A stretch of DNA of 48,259 nt from contig JAVKOQ020000032.1 in the NCBI GenBank assembly GCA_031835245.2, positions 248,001-296,259 on the forward strand, in the 5' to 3' direction. Source of the DNA: Balamuthia mandrillaris. Taxonomy: Eukaryota. The first letter of the stretch is position 1, and the number at the start of each line of letters is the position of its first letter. Both the position numbers and the translations under genes were made by a program. This document shows, piece by piece, positions 1 through 11,847 of this stretch. Below the pieces are notes generated by a model. That model was given only the letters and a program-made list of their open reading frames with translations, was not told the origin of the DNA and searched no databases.

Positions 1-40
1 GTTCATTCACTGTGCTTGATGTTCTCTTTTGCGAACTTAC

Positions 41-212
41 CGGTGATCACATGTTGATCTGTGATTGGCAAGGCATACCGCCCCAAACCAAAAGGAGAGG
101 CGTTTCGTCCTTGAAAGCCCCCAACCAACGCAAAGGTCTTTCTTCCACCACTTGCACAAGACAGCAAAGGAAACGCCGACGTCGCTCCGACCAGCCCTCT
201 TCTTCCTTTCAT
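41..212 (-). CDS. First coding exon of a gene continuing beyond the left edge; N-terminus resembles a mitochondrial presequence; product unknown
   Basis: ATG at 212 gives MKGRRGLVGATSAFPLLSCASGGRKTFALV...HVIT, ending at a canonical GTAAGT donor at 40. The peptide is Arg/Ser/Ala/Gly-rich and poor in acidic residues. Confidence 0.5.
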
Positions 213-292
213 CTTTGTTCTTTAGTCTTTCTTTTTTGACGACAGGAGAGAGGAATCGGGAGAGATGTTTGGAAGGAAAGAGAGAGGAGAGC

Positions 293-381
<89 letters not shown>
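293..381. repeat. (GA)n microsatellite
   Basis: Visible dinucleotide run, intergenic. Confidence 0.95.
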
Positions 382-384
<3 letters not shown>

Positions 385-410
385 GGAAGCAAGAGGAACA
401 GCGAGCAGAC

Positions 411-568
411 AAAGAAGAAAGCAAGTGAGAAGAAGAAGAAAGCAAGGAGACGAAGAAGAAGAAAGCAAGGAGACGAAGAAGAAGAAAGCAAGTGAGAAGA
501 AGAAGAAGAAGAAGAAGAAGAAGAAGAAGAAGAAGAAGAAGAAGAAGAAGAAGAAGAAGAAAGAAGAG
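411..568. repeat. Imperfect ~20-23 bp GAAGAAGAAAGCAAG(G/T)GAGA repeat followed by (GAA)n
   Basis: Four AAGAAAGCAAG units then a GAA run, just downstream of the citrate synthase stop. Confidence 0.85.
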
Positions 569-619
569 CTTTTCGAGATTGTGTTCTTTGTTGACGAAAA
601 GGAAAAAAAAAAGAGTGGT

Positions 620-2578
620 TTAGTGGTGGGGATGGGAGTGGGCGTGCTTTTCGATCTTCTTGACCTCCTCCTCGAGCCATGCCGTGGTGACGGACTTGGG
701 ACGTTCGATGGGGAGACCGTGAGCGCGGTCCCAGACAAGGCTGGGCAACACGCCCAAAGCGCGCGACACGCCAAACAACACAGTGTAAAAGTTCTCCTCC
801 TTCAGCCCATAGTATTGCAGCAACACTCCACTGTTTAGTGTAAAACAAAGAAGAAGAAATGATCAGCTTCAAAAGAACAGAAAGAAGAATAAAGACGGAA
901 AGGGGGAGAAAACGCACGAGTGAGCATCCACGTTGGGCCAGGGGTTCTTGGTCTTGCCCTGCTCGGTGAGAACGCCAGGTACGATGTTGTAGAGCTGCTT
1001 GACGAGCTTGAAGAGAGGATCGTTGGGGAGGTGCTTCAGGGCGAATTGCTGTTGGGCGATGTAGCGAGGATCGGTCTTCCTAAGGACGGCGTGGCCAAAG
1101 CCAGGCACCACCTGACCAGAGTTGAGGGTGTTCCACACCTCCTTTCTAACCTCATCATCGGAGGCATCCTTGTGACCAAAGTTCTCCCTCATCTATGATT
1201 AAAAAGGTGTTAATAAGCACAAATACATTGAGAGACAGAGACAAGGAGAATAGAGGGGGAAAAGGATAAGAGAGGAAAAAAGAATTCATAAACAAACCTT
1301 CATGACCCAGCGGAGAACCTCTTGGTTGGCAAGACCATGGAGAGGACCAGCAAGACCGGCCATACCAGCGGCAAAGGAGAGGTAAGGGTCAGAGAGAGCG
1401 CTGCCCACAAGGTGAGTGCTGTGAGCGCTGACGTTGCCGCCCTCGTGGTCGCTGTGGATGACCAAGTAGAGGCGCATGAGCTCATCAAAGTCGCGGTTAT
1501 CAAAGCCCATCATGCGAGCAAAGTTGGCGGCTTGATCAAGCTTGTAGTCGGGGGCGATGGTCTTGCCGGCGTGGTAGGTGTTGCGGTAGATGTTGGCGGC
1601 CACGATGGGGAGGTAGGAGATGAGGTTCAAGCTGTCCTCATAGGTGTGCTTCCAGTATTCGCTCTTCTTGACGCCATCCTGGTAGGCCTGCGCAAACTGG
1701 CTTTCAGTCTGCAGGGCCGAGATGCCGACGCAAAACTGGGTCATGGGATGCATGGATCGGGGCAGCTGGGCGAGGAGGTTGCTGACATGCTTGGGGAAGT
1801 TCTTGGAGCGCTCCGCCAGCTCGTGGCTGAGGGCGTGGGCCTGCTCGTCGGTGGGGATCTCTCCGGTGAGCAAGAGCCAGAGGATGGACTCTGGGAGGGG
1901 CTGCTCTCCGCCACCAGGTGCCTTGGGAAGCTTCTCCTGGCACTCGGGGATGGTGTAGCCACGGAAGCGAATGCCCTGGGTTTTTTTGTTTTGATGAGAA
2001 GGAGCGGTAGATTTTGTTTAAAGAAAAATAACAAAAGAAAAAAAGGGGGCAGCAAAGTAGTGGTAGTAGTGGACACTAACCTCTTCGGGGTCAAGCAAAG
2101 AGGTCTCGGTGACGAGGGCCTTGATGCCCCTCATGCCGCCGTAAACCATGCCCACATTGTAGGAGCCGAGCACCACCTCGCTCTTCTCGGTTCTCAGCTT
2201 CTTTACGCGAGCTTGCTCAGAAGGGATGATCTCAGCGAGCCTCTCCTTCAGACCCTATTTTTGTTTTAAAAAAACAAAATCAGCATCAAAAAAAAAGTAT
2301 AAGTAGTTTTTTTTTGGTTTTCATCAGTGAGACACTTTTTTTTCCCTCTTCTTCTCTATTGTTTCATCCATCGCTACACATTTCAATCTGCCTTCTTTGC
2401 TTTCTTTTCCGCTACTTTTCTTTTGCGTTTTTCCATTTGTTTTGCAAAAAAAAAAAAAAAAATAAAATAAAACGGGTACCGAAGCAGAAGCGTAGAGACG
2501 GTTCTGGCGCTGCAAGGAAAAGGACCTTGCAGCGAAGCCACGGCTGCAGGCAAAGCTTGTTACTCCCTTCTTGAACAT
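620..2578 (-). CDS. CS: Mitochondrial citrate synthase (5 exons: 2578-2480, 2254-2081, 1975-1298, 1192-918, 830-620)
   Basis: Motifs [70 protein letters not shown]. Presequence [20 protein letters not shown]. All junctions are GT-AG and in phase. Confidence 0.97.
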
Positions 2579-2743
2579 CTTTTTTTTTTCCCTATCGCTA
2601 CTCTTTTTTTTTGACGAAAAGAAAAAAAATTGCAAAAAAAAATTAGAAAGAAAAGGAAAAAAAAGGAAAATGAGTAACCCTCGTGTGATTACGAATATTT
2701 AGCCCTCTCCTCTTTATTATGGGTCGACGAATTTTTCCGCAGC

Positions 2744-2835
2744 CTCTCTCCTGTCCGCTCTCGTGTCCTATATATCGCTCTCTCCTGTCCGAGCTCATGT
2801 CCTTTATGTCGCTCTCTCCTGTCCGCTCTCATGTC
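2744..2835. repeat. 34-bp imperfect tandem repeat, ~2.7 copies
   Basis: CTCTCTCCTGTCCG... units start at 2744, 2778 and 2812; the third overlaps the desulfurase stop codon. Confidence 0.85.
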
Positions 2836-4289
2836 TCCATGCGCCCCTTTGGTTGGGAGGAGGAGTGATACATGCGTGCGGCCGCCTCGGCGATCGCGTT
2901 GGCGGCCTCGTCCACTTCCGCACGGGTGGTAAGCCGTCCTGTGGAAAACCGAATGGTTCCCATGGCATGCTCCAACGGCACTTGCATTGCCTTCAAAACC
3001 TCCGAGATGCTCACTTTATCGGAATGACATGCTGCTCCTGCCGAAGCTGCCACCCTGTCCTCTATCTTTTCGCAAAGATAAAGGTTCAGAAAGATTGAAA
3101 GGGGAGAGAGGAGAGAAAGGCTTACAGCGGAAAGGAGGACATTGGCCTGGATTCGGGGAAAAGCCAAGCTCAGGGTGTTGGGCAAACGAAGCTCAGGATG
3201 GCCATTCAAGACCAACCATGCCGGTGGAACATCTCTCTTTTCCAATTCCTCTTCCAATCGTTGGTGCAATCTATCTCTCATCTCTTTCATGTGTCTGTTG
3301 GCAATGTCCAATTAGCAAAGTCTCGCTTCGCTCTCTTCTCGCTCCCTACAAACCTAGCATTGCTTTCCAGGTCCGCTGCAGCCAAACGAGAAGCCGCCCC
3401 CAAGCCGACCACCTCCAACACGTTCTCCGTGCCAGGCCTCCTCCCCCCCTCATGCGGCGCTCCGTGCATCAAACTCTTGAGGCTCACCCCTCTCCTCACA
3501 TACAACGCCCCAACCCCCTTGGGAGCATAGAGCTTGTGCCCACAGATGGAGAGCATGCCCAAGCCCTCCCACTCCCTCACCGAGAGGGGAACCTTCCCAA
3601 AGCTCTGGGCGCAATCCGAGTGGAGGCACAGGGTCTGGGGAGCCCTCCCCTCGGCCTTCAACCGCCGGAGCAGGGCGGAGATCTCTCCTATGGGCTGCAC
3701 CGTTCCCGTCTCGTTGTTGGCGTGCATCACGGTGATGAGGAGGGTGGAGGGGGAGAGGGCCTCCTGGAGGTCCTGCAGGGAAATGAGGCCCTGGCGGTCC
3801 ACCGCCAGGCGGGTGACGCGGAAGCGGTGCTCTCGTTCGAGGTGGTCGCACACTTGGCTCACGGCCGGGTGTTCTATGGCGGAAGTGATGATGTGGTCCC
3901 CTTTGTCTCTGTGCTCCAGCGCATAGCCCTGTTTGTTTGGTGGTGTGGGCATCATCAGCTACCACGAAAAAAAAAGAAAGATGAAGTGAAGGAGAAAGAA
4001 GGGAGTGGAACTGAACGATGATAGCGTAGTTGTTGGCCTCTGTCCCGCCGCTGGTGAATATCACTTCGTCGGGATCGCACTCCAGGGCCTCGGCCACCTG
4101 CTTTCTGGCCCGTTGGACGGCTTGCTTCGTGATGGCTCCGTAGCGATGGGAGGAGGAAGGGTTTCCAAAGTGGTGCGTCAGGTAGGGCAGCATCTCCTCC
4201 GCCACCTCCTTGGCGATGGGGGTGGTGGCGTTGTAGTCGAGGTAGATGGGCATCGCTGCCCCCTCTTCTAGTTTCGTGGTGTGCTCCAT
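2829..4289 (-). CDS. NifS/IscS-type PLP-dependent cysteine desulfurase / selenocysteine lyase-like (exons 4289-4017, 3928-3354, 3294-3126, 3065-2829)
   Basis: IYLDYNATTP, FGNPSS, FTSGGTEANN, IEHPAV, MHANNETG, GHK(PLP lysine)LYAPKG, RPGTEN, SAGAACHS (catalytic Cys), IRFSTGR. Confidence 0.93.
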
Positions 4290-4373
4290 CGTTCTTCGAT
4301 CTCTTTTGTTATTTTTTAAATGAAGCACAAAAGCAAAACGAAGAAGAGAGAGAAGCAGGGAGAGGAGGGAGGA

Positions 4374-4375
<2 letters not shown>

Positions 4376-4419
<44 letters not shown>

Positions 4420-4430
4420 AGAGAGAGAGA
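4376..4430. repeat. (GA)n microsatellite, intergenic
   Basis: Visible run between the eIF2B-gamma stop and the desulfurase start. Confidence 0.9.
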
Positions 4431-4471
4431 TGTTTTAAAGGCTTTTTTTGTTGAAAAATAAGGAACAAGGA

Positions 4472-5708
4472 CTACATCTCCAAGAAGCCAGTGTTCTCTC
4501 GGCAGAGGGCATCATTCTTGATCTCCGCTAAACGGGTGGAGAGAGAAGGAGCAAAGAAGAACAGAACAAGAATGTATGAGGAAACGTTAAACAAGCAAAC
4601 AGAGAGAGAGAGAGAGAGAGAGAAGAGCAGGAGGGAGGAGAAAGCATTCCAACAAGAACGTACTTTTTTCAGGGACGCTGAAGGAAGCACCCACCTGTGA
4701 ATCTTTGATAGAGCACTTGGCACCCATGTCCACGTTGTTGCACACAACCGACCCGTTTATCACACACCTATAGTGCGGTTGAACAAAAGTTGCAAGAGGA
4801 AGAGGAAGAGGAAGAGGAAAGAAAGAACATAGCAAATAAGAAAGAAATAAGAAAGGAAGCTTAGCGCAAAGGAAAGGGATGAAATGAGATAAAGGAATAA
4901 TAGACCCTTCAGCAATGGTAACATGATTCATGATGACAGAGTTGATGATCTTGACCCGGTCTCCGATTTTGCAGTGCTTTCCTATCACCGACTTTTTGAT
5001 GGAGCATCTCTCTCCAATGGTGCTTCCCTGTCCCACCACACAATCTGCTCCCACCTTTTTTTTGTTTGGTTTTCAGCATGTTAAGCTAAGGAGAGGAAGA
5101 AAGAGAACGAGAGGAAGGAGAGAGGGAGCAAACAAACTTGAGTTTTTGCACTAATGACGGCAGCAGGGTGAATGAAGTGGTTTTTAACAAGTGGTTCTGC
5201 TGGCGAATAACAAGCACCCCTACTTGCGATCTGCAAAGTGACAAGCCAGTGGACCATACAAAGAGAGGAGATAGAAAGGAAAGAACTATAAGCAACTGCA
5301 ACATAAAAGAAAGAAGAGAAAGAAACAGAGAACGAGAAATGGGAAATGGAGATAGACCTCAATGTTTACATGGACATAGGCCTCTGTCGTATTGGCACGA
5401 GAGCAATAGCGATTACGCTCCATGATAAATGCAAAACATCGAACTTTATCCTCCAGGTCCACCCGCGTGGTGGTCATTTGATAGCTCAGGTTCAATGGTC
5501 TCTGTAATTGAGACTCAGCAGTGCTCCAGTCCTTTCGGAACTGAGAGTGAACGAGGTAGGGCAAAAGCTCTCCCTTGATGCTGGATATCTTGTCCTTCTT
5601 CTCTTCCAAGATGGGAATCACCACTTTGGAGAAGATGTACAAGTGAGCATCCGTCAAGTTGGTATAAACCGTTAAACTGGGATAACTAGTATACCGAAAT
5701 AATTAGTA

Positions 5709-5763
<55 letters not shown>

Positions 5764-6743
5764 AAACAGAAGAGAGGATAGATCAAAACGAGAAAGCAGA
5801 GGAAAGAAAGAGATGTATACTCTCTAAGTGTGGCTTTGTGTATCTTCATGCTATTCTCGACATCAGCAGCGGCCTTAAAGTAGAGCAGGCGCTTTCCATC
5901 GGAGTGGAGGCCTATGTAATCCACCAAGCCATACTCGGAGCGAACAGGCTTGCCACCAGCAGCACCGGGAGCTCCGGCAGCGGTGCCGTCCTCCTCTCCA
6001 GACTTCGGAGGGACGATGAGGGCCGTTACGATGGCATCTTGTGTACGGTGCTGGTCCACCATGTTGAGCAAGAATCGGTGGTCCACAATCGTGTCGCAAC
6101 TGAGCACTATAAAGTCCCGCTGTTGTTTTAAAATTTAATGGATCAGCAGCAGAGAAAGAGAAAGAGAAAGAGAAAGAGAAAGAGAAAGAGAAAGAGAAAG
6201 AGAAAGAGAAAGAGAAAGAGAAAGAGAAAGAGAAAGAGAAAGAGAAAGAGAAAGAGAAAGAGAAAGAGAAAGAGAAAGAGAAAGAGAAAGAGAAAGAGAA
6301 AGAGAAAGAGAAAGAGAAAGAGAACAGCAAAAAATAGGAAGAAAACTCACCTTTATTTTGTCTTTGATGAGAAGCAGCGCCTCAGCGGTGCCCATGTAGT
6401 CGGGAAGGAAGGCCCAGTCCACGTTCACTTTGCCTTTGTAGATCTCGTGCACGAACGTCTTCAGCTCCGAGGCAGCTCTTTCTTGCGCTACCACAATGGT
6501 TGCTTCTCATTCGCAACAACAACAACCAACAAAAACGTGGAGAGAGATTAGTGGAGAGAAAAAAAAATGTAATCATATTCTTAATCAAAACATACCCGTG
6601 AAGCCAACACGCTCCAAGAGCTCAAGTTGGTAGGAGATCATGGGCCTGTTCGCAATGGGCAGCAGTGGTTTGGGCATTTCGGTGGTGAGAGGGTACATCC
6701 GGCTGCCCGGCCCTCCTGCCAAGATCACTACCTGGAACTCCAT
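4472..6743 (-). CDS. EIF2B3: Translation initiation factor eIF2B gamma subunit (multi-exon)
   Basis: [33 protein letters not shown] nucleotidyltransferase-like N-terminus, [28 protein letters not shown], and C-terminal hexapeptide repeats ([30 protein letters not shown]). Confidence 0.9.
6151..6324. repeat. (AGAGAA)29 hexanucleotide microsatellite in an eIF2B-gamma intron
   Basis: Perfect 6-bp run; reads (TTCTCT)n on the sense strand. Confidence 0.95.
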
Positions 6744-6804
6744 CTCTCTTTTTTTTCTTTTTTCTTCCCCCAAGCCTCTGTTTTTGTTTTTGTTCTTTGA
6801 TATT

Positions 6805-6887
6805 CATGACGACCTGATAATTTACCATGACGACCTGAGTAACTTATGATGACGACCAGCAATTATACCATGACGACCTGACATAAC
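6805..6887. repeat. ~21-bp period tandem repeat with core ATGACGACC(TGA), 4 copies
   Basis: catgacgacctgataatttac / catgacgacctgagtaacttat / gatgacgaccagcaattatac / catgacgacctgacataac. Confidence 0.85.
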
Positions 6888-6976
6888 CGATAGATTTTGT
6901 CGACAACGACGGTTCCTCTTTTTATTCTCTCTTTGTACATTGCAACAACACAAAAGAGGACCTTTGGGGTGTGCAC

Positions 6977-9486
6977 TTACGAAGTGATCTCGCTTTCAGG
7001 GGGAATGATTTCATCCGCGGCACGAGTGGAGGCCTTGGACAATACCTTGAACTTCAGGTGCTCCTCCTCCTCCGGGTGCAGCTTGCTCTCCTCAGTCTGG
7101 TGCGGCAGCTCCTTCATGCTCACTTTGATGAGGGAGCCGTCCTTGACCTCTCCCTTGAGGATCAGCCTGGACAATGGGTTCAGCACCTGTCGCTGCACAA
7201 GCCGCTTCAGCGGGCGTGCGCCGTAGGTCGGGTTATATCCAACGTCCGCCAACCATGTCTTGGCTTCCTTGTCCATCTCCAACGTGACCCTGCGATCGGC
7301 CAACAAGTCGTTCACCTCCTTCAACTGCAGATCCACAATGGCGTCCAGGTTCTTCCTGCTGAGACGGTTGAAGAGAATGATCTCGTCAATACGATTGAGG
7401 AACTCGGGCGCCATGTTGGCCCGGACCACTCCCATGACTTCATCTCTTGCAGCCGAGCTGGGTACTCCCTCAGGCAGATCTGCGAGGTACTCGGCTCCCA
7501 GGTTGCTGGTCATGATGATAATGGTGTTGCGGAAGTCTACCTTGCGGCCCTGGCTGTCGGTGAGGTGGCCCTCGTCCAGCATTTGGAGCAGAAGGTTGTG
7601 CACGCTGCGGTGGGCCTTCTCGAACTCGTCAAAGAGGACCACTTGGTAGGGACGACGGCGGACGGCCTCGGTTAGTGTGCCTCCTTCTTCATAGCCCACG
7701 TAACCCTTTATTTGTCAAAGAATGAGAGGAAACAAAAGAAAGCCATTAAGAAAGCAAGAAAGCAAGAAGGCAAGAAAGTGGTAAATAAGAGGAAGCGAAA
7801 GACCAAGAGAAGAAACGTACAGGAGGAGCACCGATTAGGCGGCTGACAGAGAACTTTTCCATATACTCGCTCATATCGATTCTGACCATGGCCGTCTCAC
7901 TGTCAAATAGAAATGCTGACAATTGTTTTGCTAGTTGTTGCAAACGAGCCCATCAGTACCGAGCCTTTTCTTCAACAGAGAGCGCCAACAAATAAAAACA
8001 AAGCAAAGCAAAGAAAAAAGCTACGCACTAAGTTCTGTTTTGCCAACGCCAGTAGGTCCGAGGAATAAGAAGCTCCCCAGTGGTCTGTTGTGAGAATGCA
8101 ATCCGGCACGAGAAATGCGAACGACATTACTAACTGCCTTGACGGCTTCCTCTTGGCCTACCACGTGTTTGGACAACTCATTTTCCATTGTGAGCAGCTT
8201 ATCTCGCTCTCCCACCAATAATTTCTGTGTTATGCCAAGTTTCAGAAGATAACCTTCTAACAAGCAGGAACCTAAGGAGAGAGCAGGATCATACCTGAAC
8301 AGGAATGCCAGTAGCGCGAGAAATGACACCAGCAATATCGTGCTCAGTCACAGCATCACCCAACATACTCAATTTCATGTCTTCCTCTCTGTTTTTAAAA
8401 GTGGGTCAACATTGAAAGTTAAAATTGCAATAAATAAGAGCGAACGTACGCTGATGGAATTTGCTTTTCCAAGTTGGGAATAACGCTGTAGGCCAGTTCA
8501 CCGGCGCGAGCGAGGTCGCCTCGTCTCTCGCACCGGACTAACTCGGCTTTAGCTTCCTTCAGTTGCTCTTTTGCTCGTTTGATCTTGTTGACTTTTTCTC
8601 TGTTGATATATTATTAAAAGTTTTTTAGAAGCGTGGGCAAAAAATGAGAACAAGAATGATGAGAGACTTACCGTTCTTGTTGCCATTGATGGTTCAATTC
8701 ATCCACTTTGGATTGAGCAGCAGCTATTTCTTTTTCTACATTTTCTCGCCTCTCTCGTGATGCTTCATCACTTTCCTATTGCAATCCAGAAATGAGTGGG
8801 CCACTCTTACAGAAAAGAGGAAAATGAAGATCAGGGAAGAGCGGGAGAGGAAACCTTGCGGAGAGCTGATAATTCGATCTTCAATCGAATGATTTCTCTT
8901 TCCAGATTCTCGATCGCTTCTGGCTTGCTCTCCTGTTGCAAGCGAAGGCGGGCAGCAGCTTCATCAATAAGATCTATGGCCTTATCAGGCAGAAAACGAT
9001 CGCTTATGAATCTGTGCGAGTTAACTGCTGCTGACACGATGGCACTGTCCGCAATACGAACACCATGATGCACTTCATAACGTGGTTTCACTAAAATCGT
9101 TTTGTGTGGGTGAAGCGAACGATGAAAGAAGAAAGAGGAGAGGAACAGTTAATAGTAAGTTTGGTAGAGTTTAAAAGCGAAAAATAACATACATCCTCGA
9201 AGGATAGCAATTGTGTCCTCCACAGAAGGTTCTGGAACGAAAACAGACTGGAAACGGCGAGCCAAGGCAGGGTCCTTCTCAATATATTTTCTGTACTCAT
9301 CCAAGGTGGTAGCACCTACGCTGTAAATTGCAGAACGAAAAGTGAGTTTATAGTGAGACATATTTTCCCAAAGCATGCTGGAATATCATACCAATGCAAC
9401 TCCCCTCTCGCTAATGCTGGCTTTAACATGTTTGAAGCATCAATAGAACCTTCTGCAGCCTGTAATACCAAACAACGCAGTTAGAG

Positions 9487-9527
<41 letters not shown>

Positions 9528-10463
9528 TGAGAGGAGAACGTACGCCTGCTCCAACAAGGGTATGCATTTCATCAATAAAGAGAATGATTCCTCCTTTGCT
9601 TGCCTCCACGTCTCTCAACACAGACTTGAGCCTTTCCTCAAACTCCCCTCTGTACTTGGCGCCAGCCACGAGGGCGCCCATGTCAAGCGCTATAACGCGT
9701 TTGTTCTTCAAACTTTCTGGAACGTCGCCGTTGATAATCCTCATGGCCAAGCCTTCCACGATGGCCGTTTTGCCGACACCGGGTTCTCCGATGAGCACTG
9801 GATTGTTCTTTGTTCTTCTGGACAACACTATAAGAGGAATAAGATACAGCATTAGAGAAGAGAAAGAGATGGGAGAGAAGGAGAGAAATGAGAGAAGAGA
9901 GATAAGAGAAGTAAGAGGCACAGAAGAGAAGTGAGATATACGCAGAGAAGAGAAAAGCGAAACGAGAGGAGAGAACAAGAAGACGAGGGAAGAGAACACA
10001 GAAAGTAGGTACCTTGCATGGTTCTTCGTATCTCGTCATCACGGCCAATGACTTCGTCCAGTTTGTTCTCACGCGCCATTTGCGTGAGGTCCTTGCTGTA
10101 CTTCTTGATGGATTCGCCCACGGGAGTGGCCTCAGGGGCTATCCACGGCTCCTGCCTCCGCCCATTCGCGTAGAAGCGCTTTTGATGCGTCAAAGCGTGG
10201 GAAGGCATGGAAAAGGAGGTGCATGGAAGAAGAAAGGCCGAGCGAGGGAGCGAAGAGGTGGAGAGCGGTCGTCCCCATCGTTTGTTGCTGCTGCTGCCAA
10301 GGAGTGAGCGAGGGCGGGAAGACAGGAATCTCTTGGCAACGAAGGAAGGAGAGGGTGAAAGAGCGCTTCCCTGATCGGAGGAGTTGGGCAGGAAGAAAGG
10401 TCGGCGAAGCGAACTTGCTAAAGGCGCCCTTGGCGAGCTTACCGCTACAAGTTGGTTTCTCAT
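6977..10463 (-). CDS. clpB: Mitochondrial ClpB/Hsp78-type AAA+ disaggregase (multi-exon)
   Basis: [94 protein letters not shown] long Arg/Ser presequence replaces the N-terminal Clp-repeat domain, as in Hsp78. Confidence 0.95.
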
Positions 10464-11017
10464 CTATAAAAATTCGAAAGACTCACAATAAATTTGATTA
10501 GATCTGGACACAATCTCTTTCCTGTATGGCACGTGTTTTGTTTGTTTGTTCTGCCACCAAAGTAAACTACGTGTTGCTTCTTCCAGGAAAAGAGTCTTGG
10601 GTCTCTTCGACGGAGAGCTTCCTCTTCTTCCTCTTCTTGTAGATGACGCTTTCGTTCTTCTCGCTTTCCCACATTTCTATTGAATTTCGCGCTGTTTTCA
10701 TCACACGTCTTAAGAACTGCTCCTCAAACGTGCTCCTTTGCTGGAGGGGTCTTCGGAGAGGACTTGGAGAAAAGAGAGGCAGAGAGTGAAAGAGAAGAGA
10801 AAGGAACTAACAAGAAAGTTTTGTTGGTTTGTTTGATTATGGAGTGTAACAGGCGAGGTTTTTTTTCCTCCTTTTTCCATCCAAACAATGAAAAAAAAAA
10901 GGCTTGAACGTTTTTTTTCTATGTTGAAGAGAGAGATGCTCCACCTCGGCAAGAGATCCCCTCCTCTCCCCTCCCCTCCCAGGGTAACTTTTGGGGAGGG
11001 GGAAACAATTGAGTAGT

Positions 11018-11463
<446 letters not shown>

Positions 11464-11847
11464 TTTGTGTGGTGTCTGTGTGTGTGTTTAATCGCGCGCT
11501 ACTACCTCGAAACAGAGACAGAGAGAGAGTAGAGAAAAAAAAAAGTGCCTCTCTTCTTTTTTGCTGTTTCTTTCACTTTTTTTTTTTCTATTTCTTTTGT
11601 CATATTTTTTTTTTTCAGTGCAGCAAGCCTTCGCAGAAGTTTTATGGGGCCGAGAGTGTCCAACAGCGGAAGCTGCGTGGCCCCTGCAAGAAAGGGTGGA
11701 CAGTTGGGGTTGCAGGCAATTTAGATGAATTTTGTCGACATTCCGAGGAGGCATTCGGATCCATGTTAGGCAAAAATATTCGATAAAAAGGAATAAAATA
11801 ATAAAAGGAAGAAAGAAAAAAAAAGTTTTGAGAGAAAGGCAACAACG

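Noticed and set aside
37..838. Long ORFs with (ER)n, (SL)n, poly-K and poly-F (also 5875-6551, 12341-12790, 37598-38409)
   Set aside because: Stop-free translations of microsatellites, not proteins.
1322..2269. Long plus-strand ORFs opposite real genes (also 2987-4021, 6971-7675, 15568-16032, 28020-28580)
   Set aside because: Antisense shadows of GC3-rich coding exons with no recognisable motifs.
6805..6887. CRISPR-like repeat-spacer appearance
   Set aside because: Core of 13 nt or less, spacers ~8 nt, eukaryotic context, no cas genes.
10464..10486. 23-nt GTGAGT...TTTATAG mini-intron just before the ClpB ATG (similar 22-nt stretch at 37569-37590)
   Set aside because: Far shorter than the shortest intron I could verify by reading frame (59 nt). 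It lies in a UTR so cannot be tested by frame, and a more distant donor is likelier.
11646..11716. HDV/CPEB3-like ribozyme or U4atac/U6atac snRNA
   Set aside because: No L3/P1.1 pairing, P4 or catalytic C in J4/2, and no K-turn or AAGGAGAGA box. Kept only as an unspecified structure.
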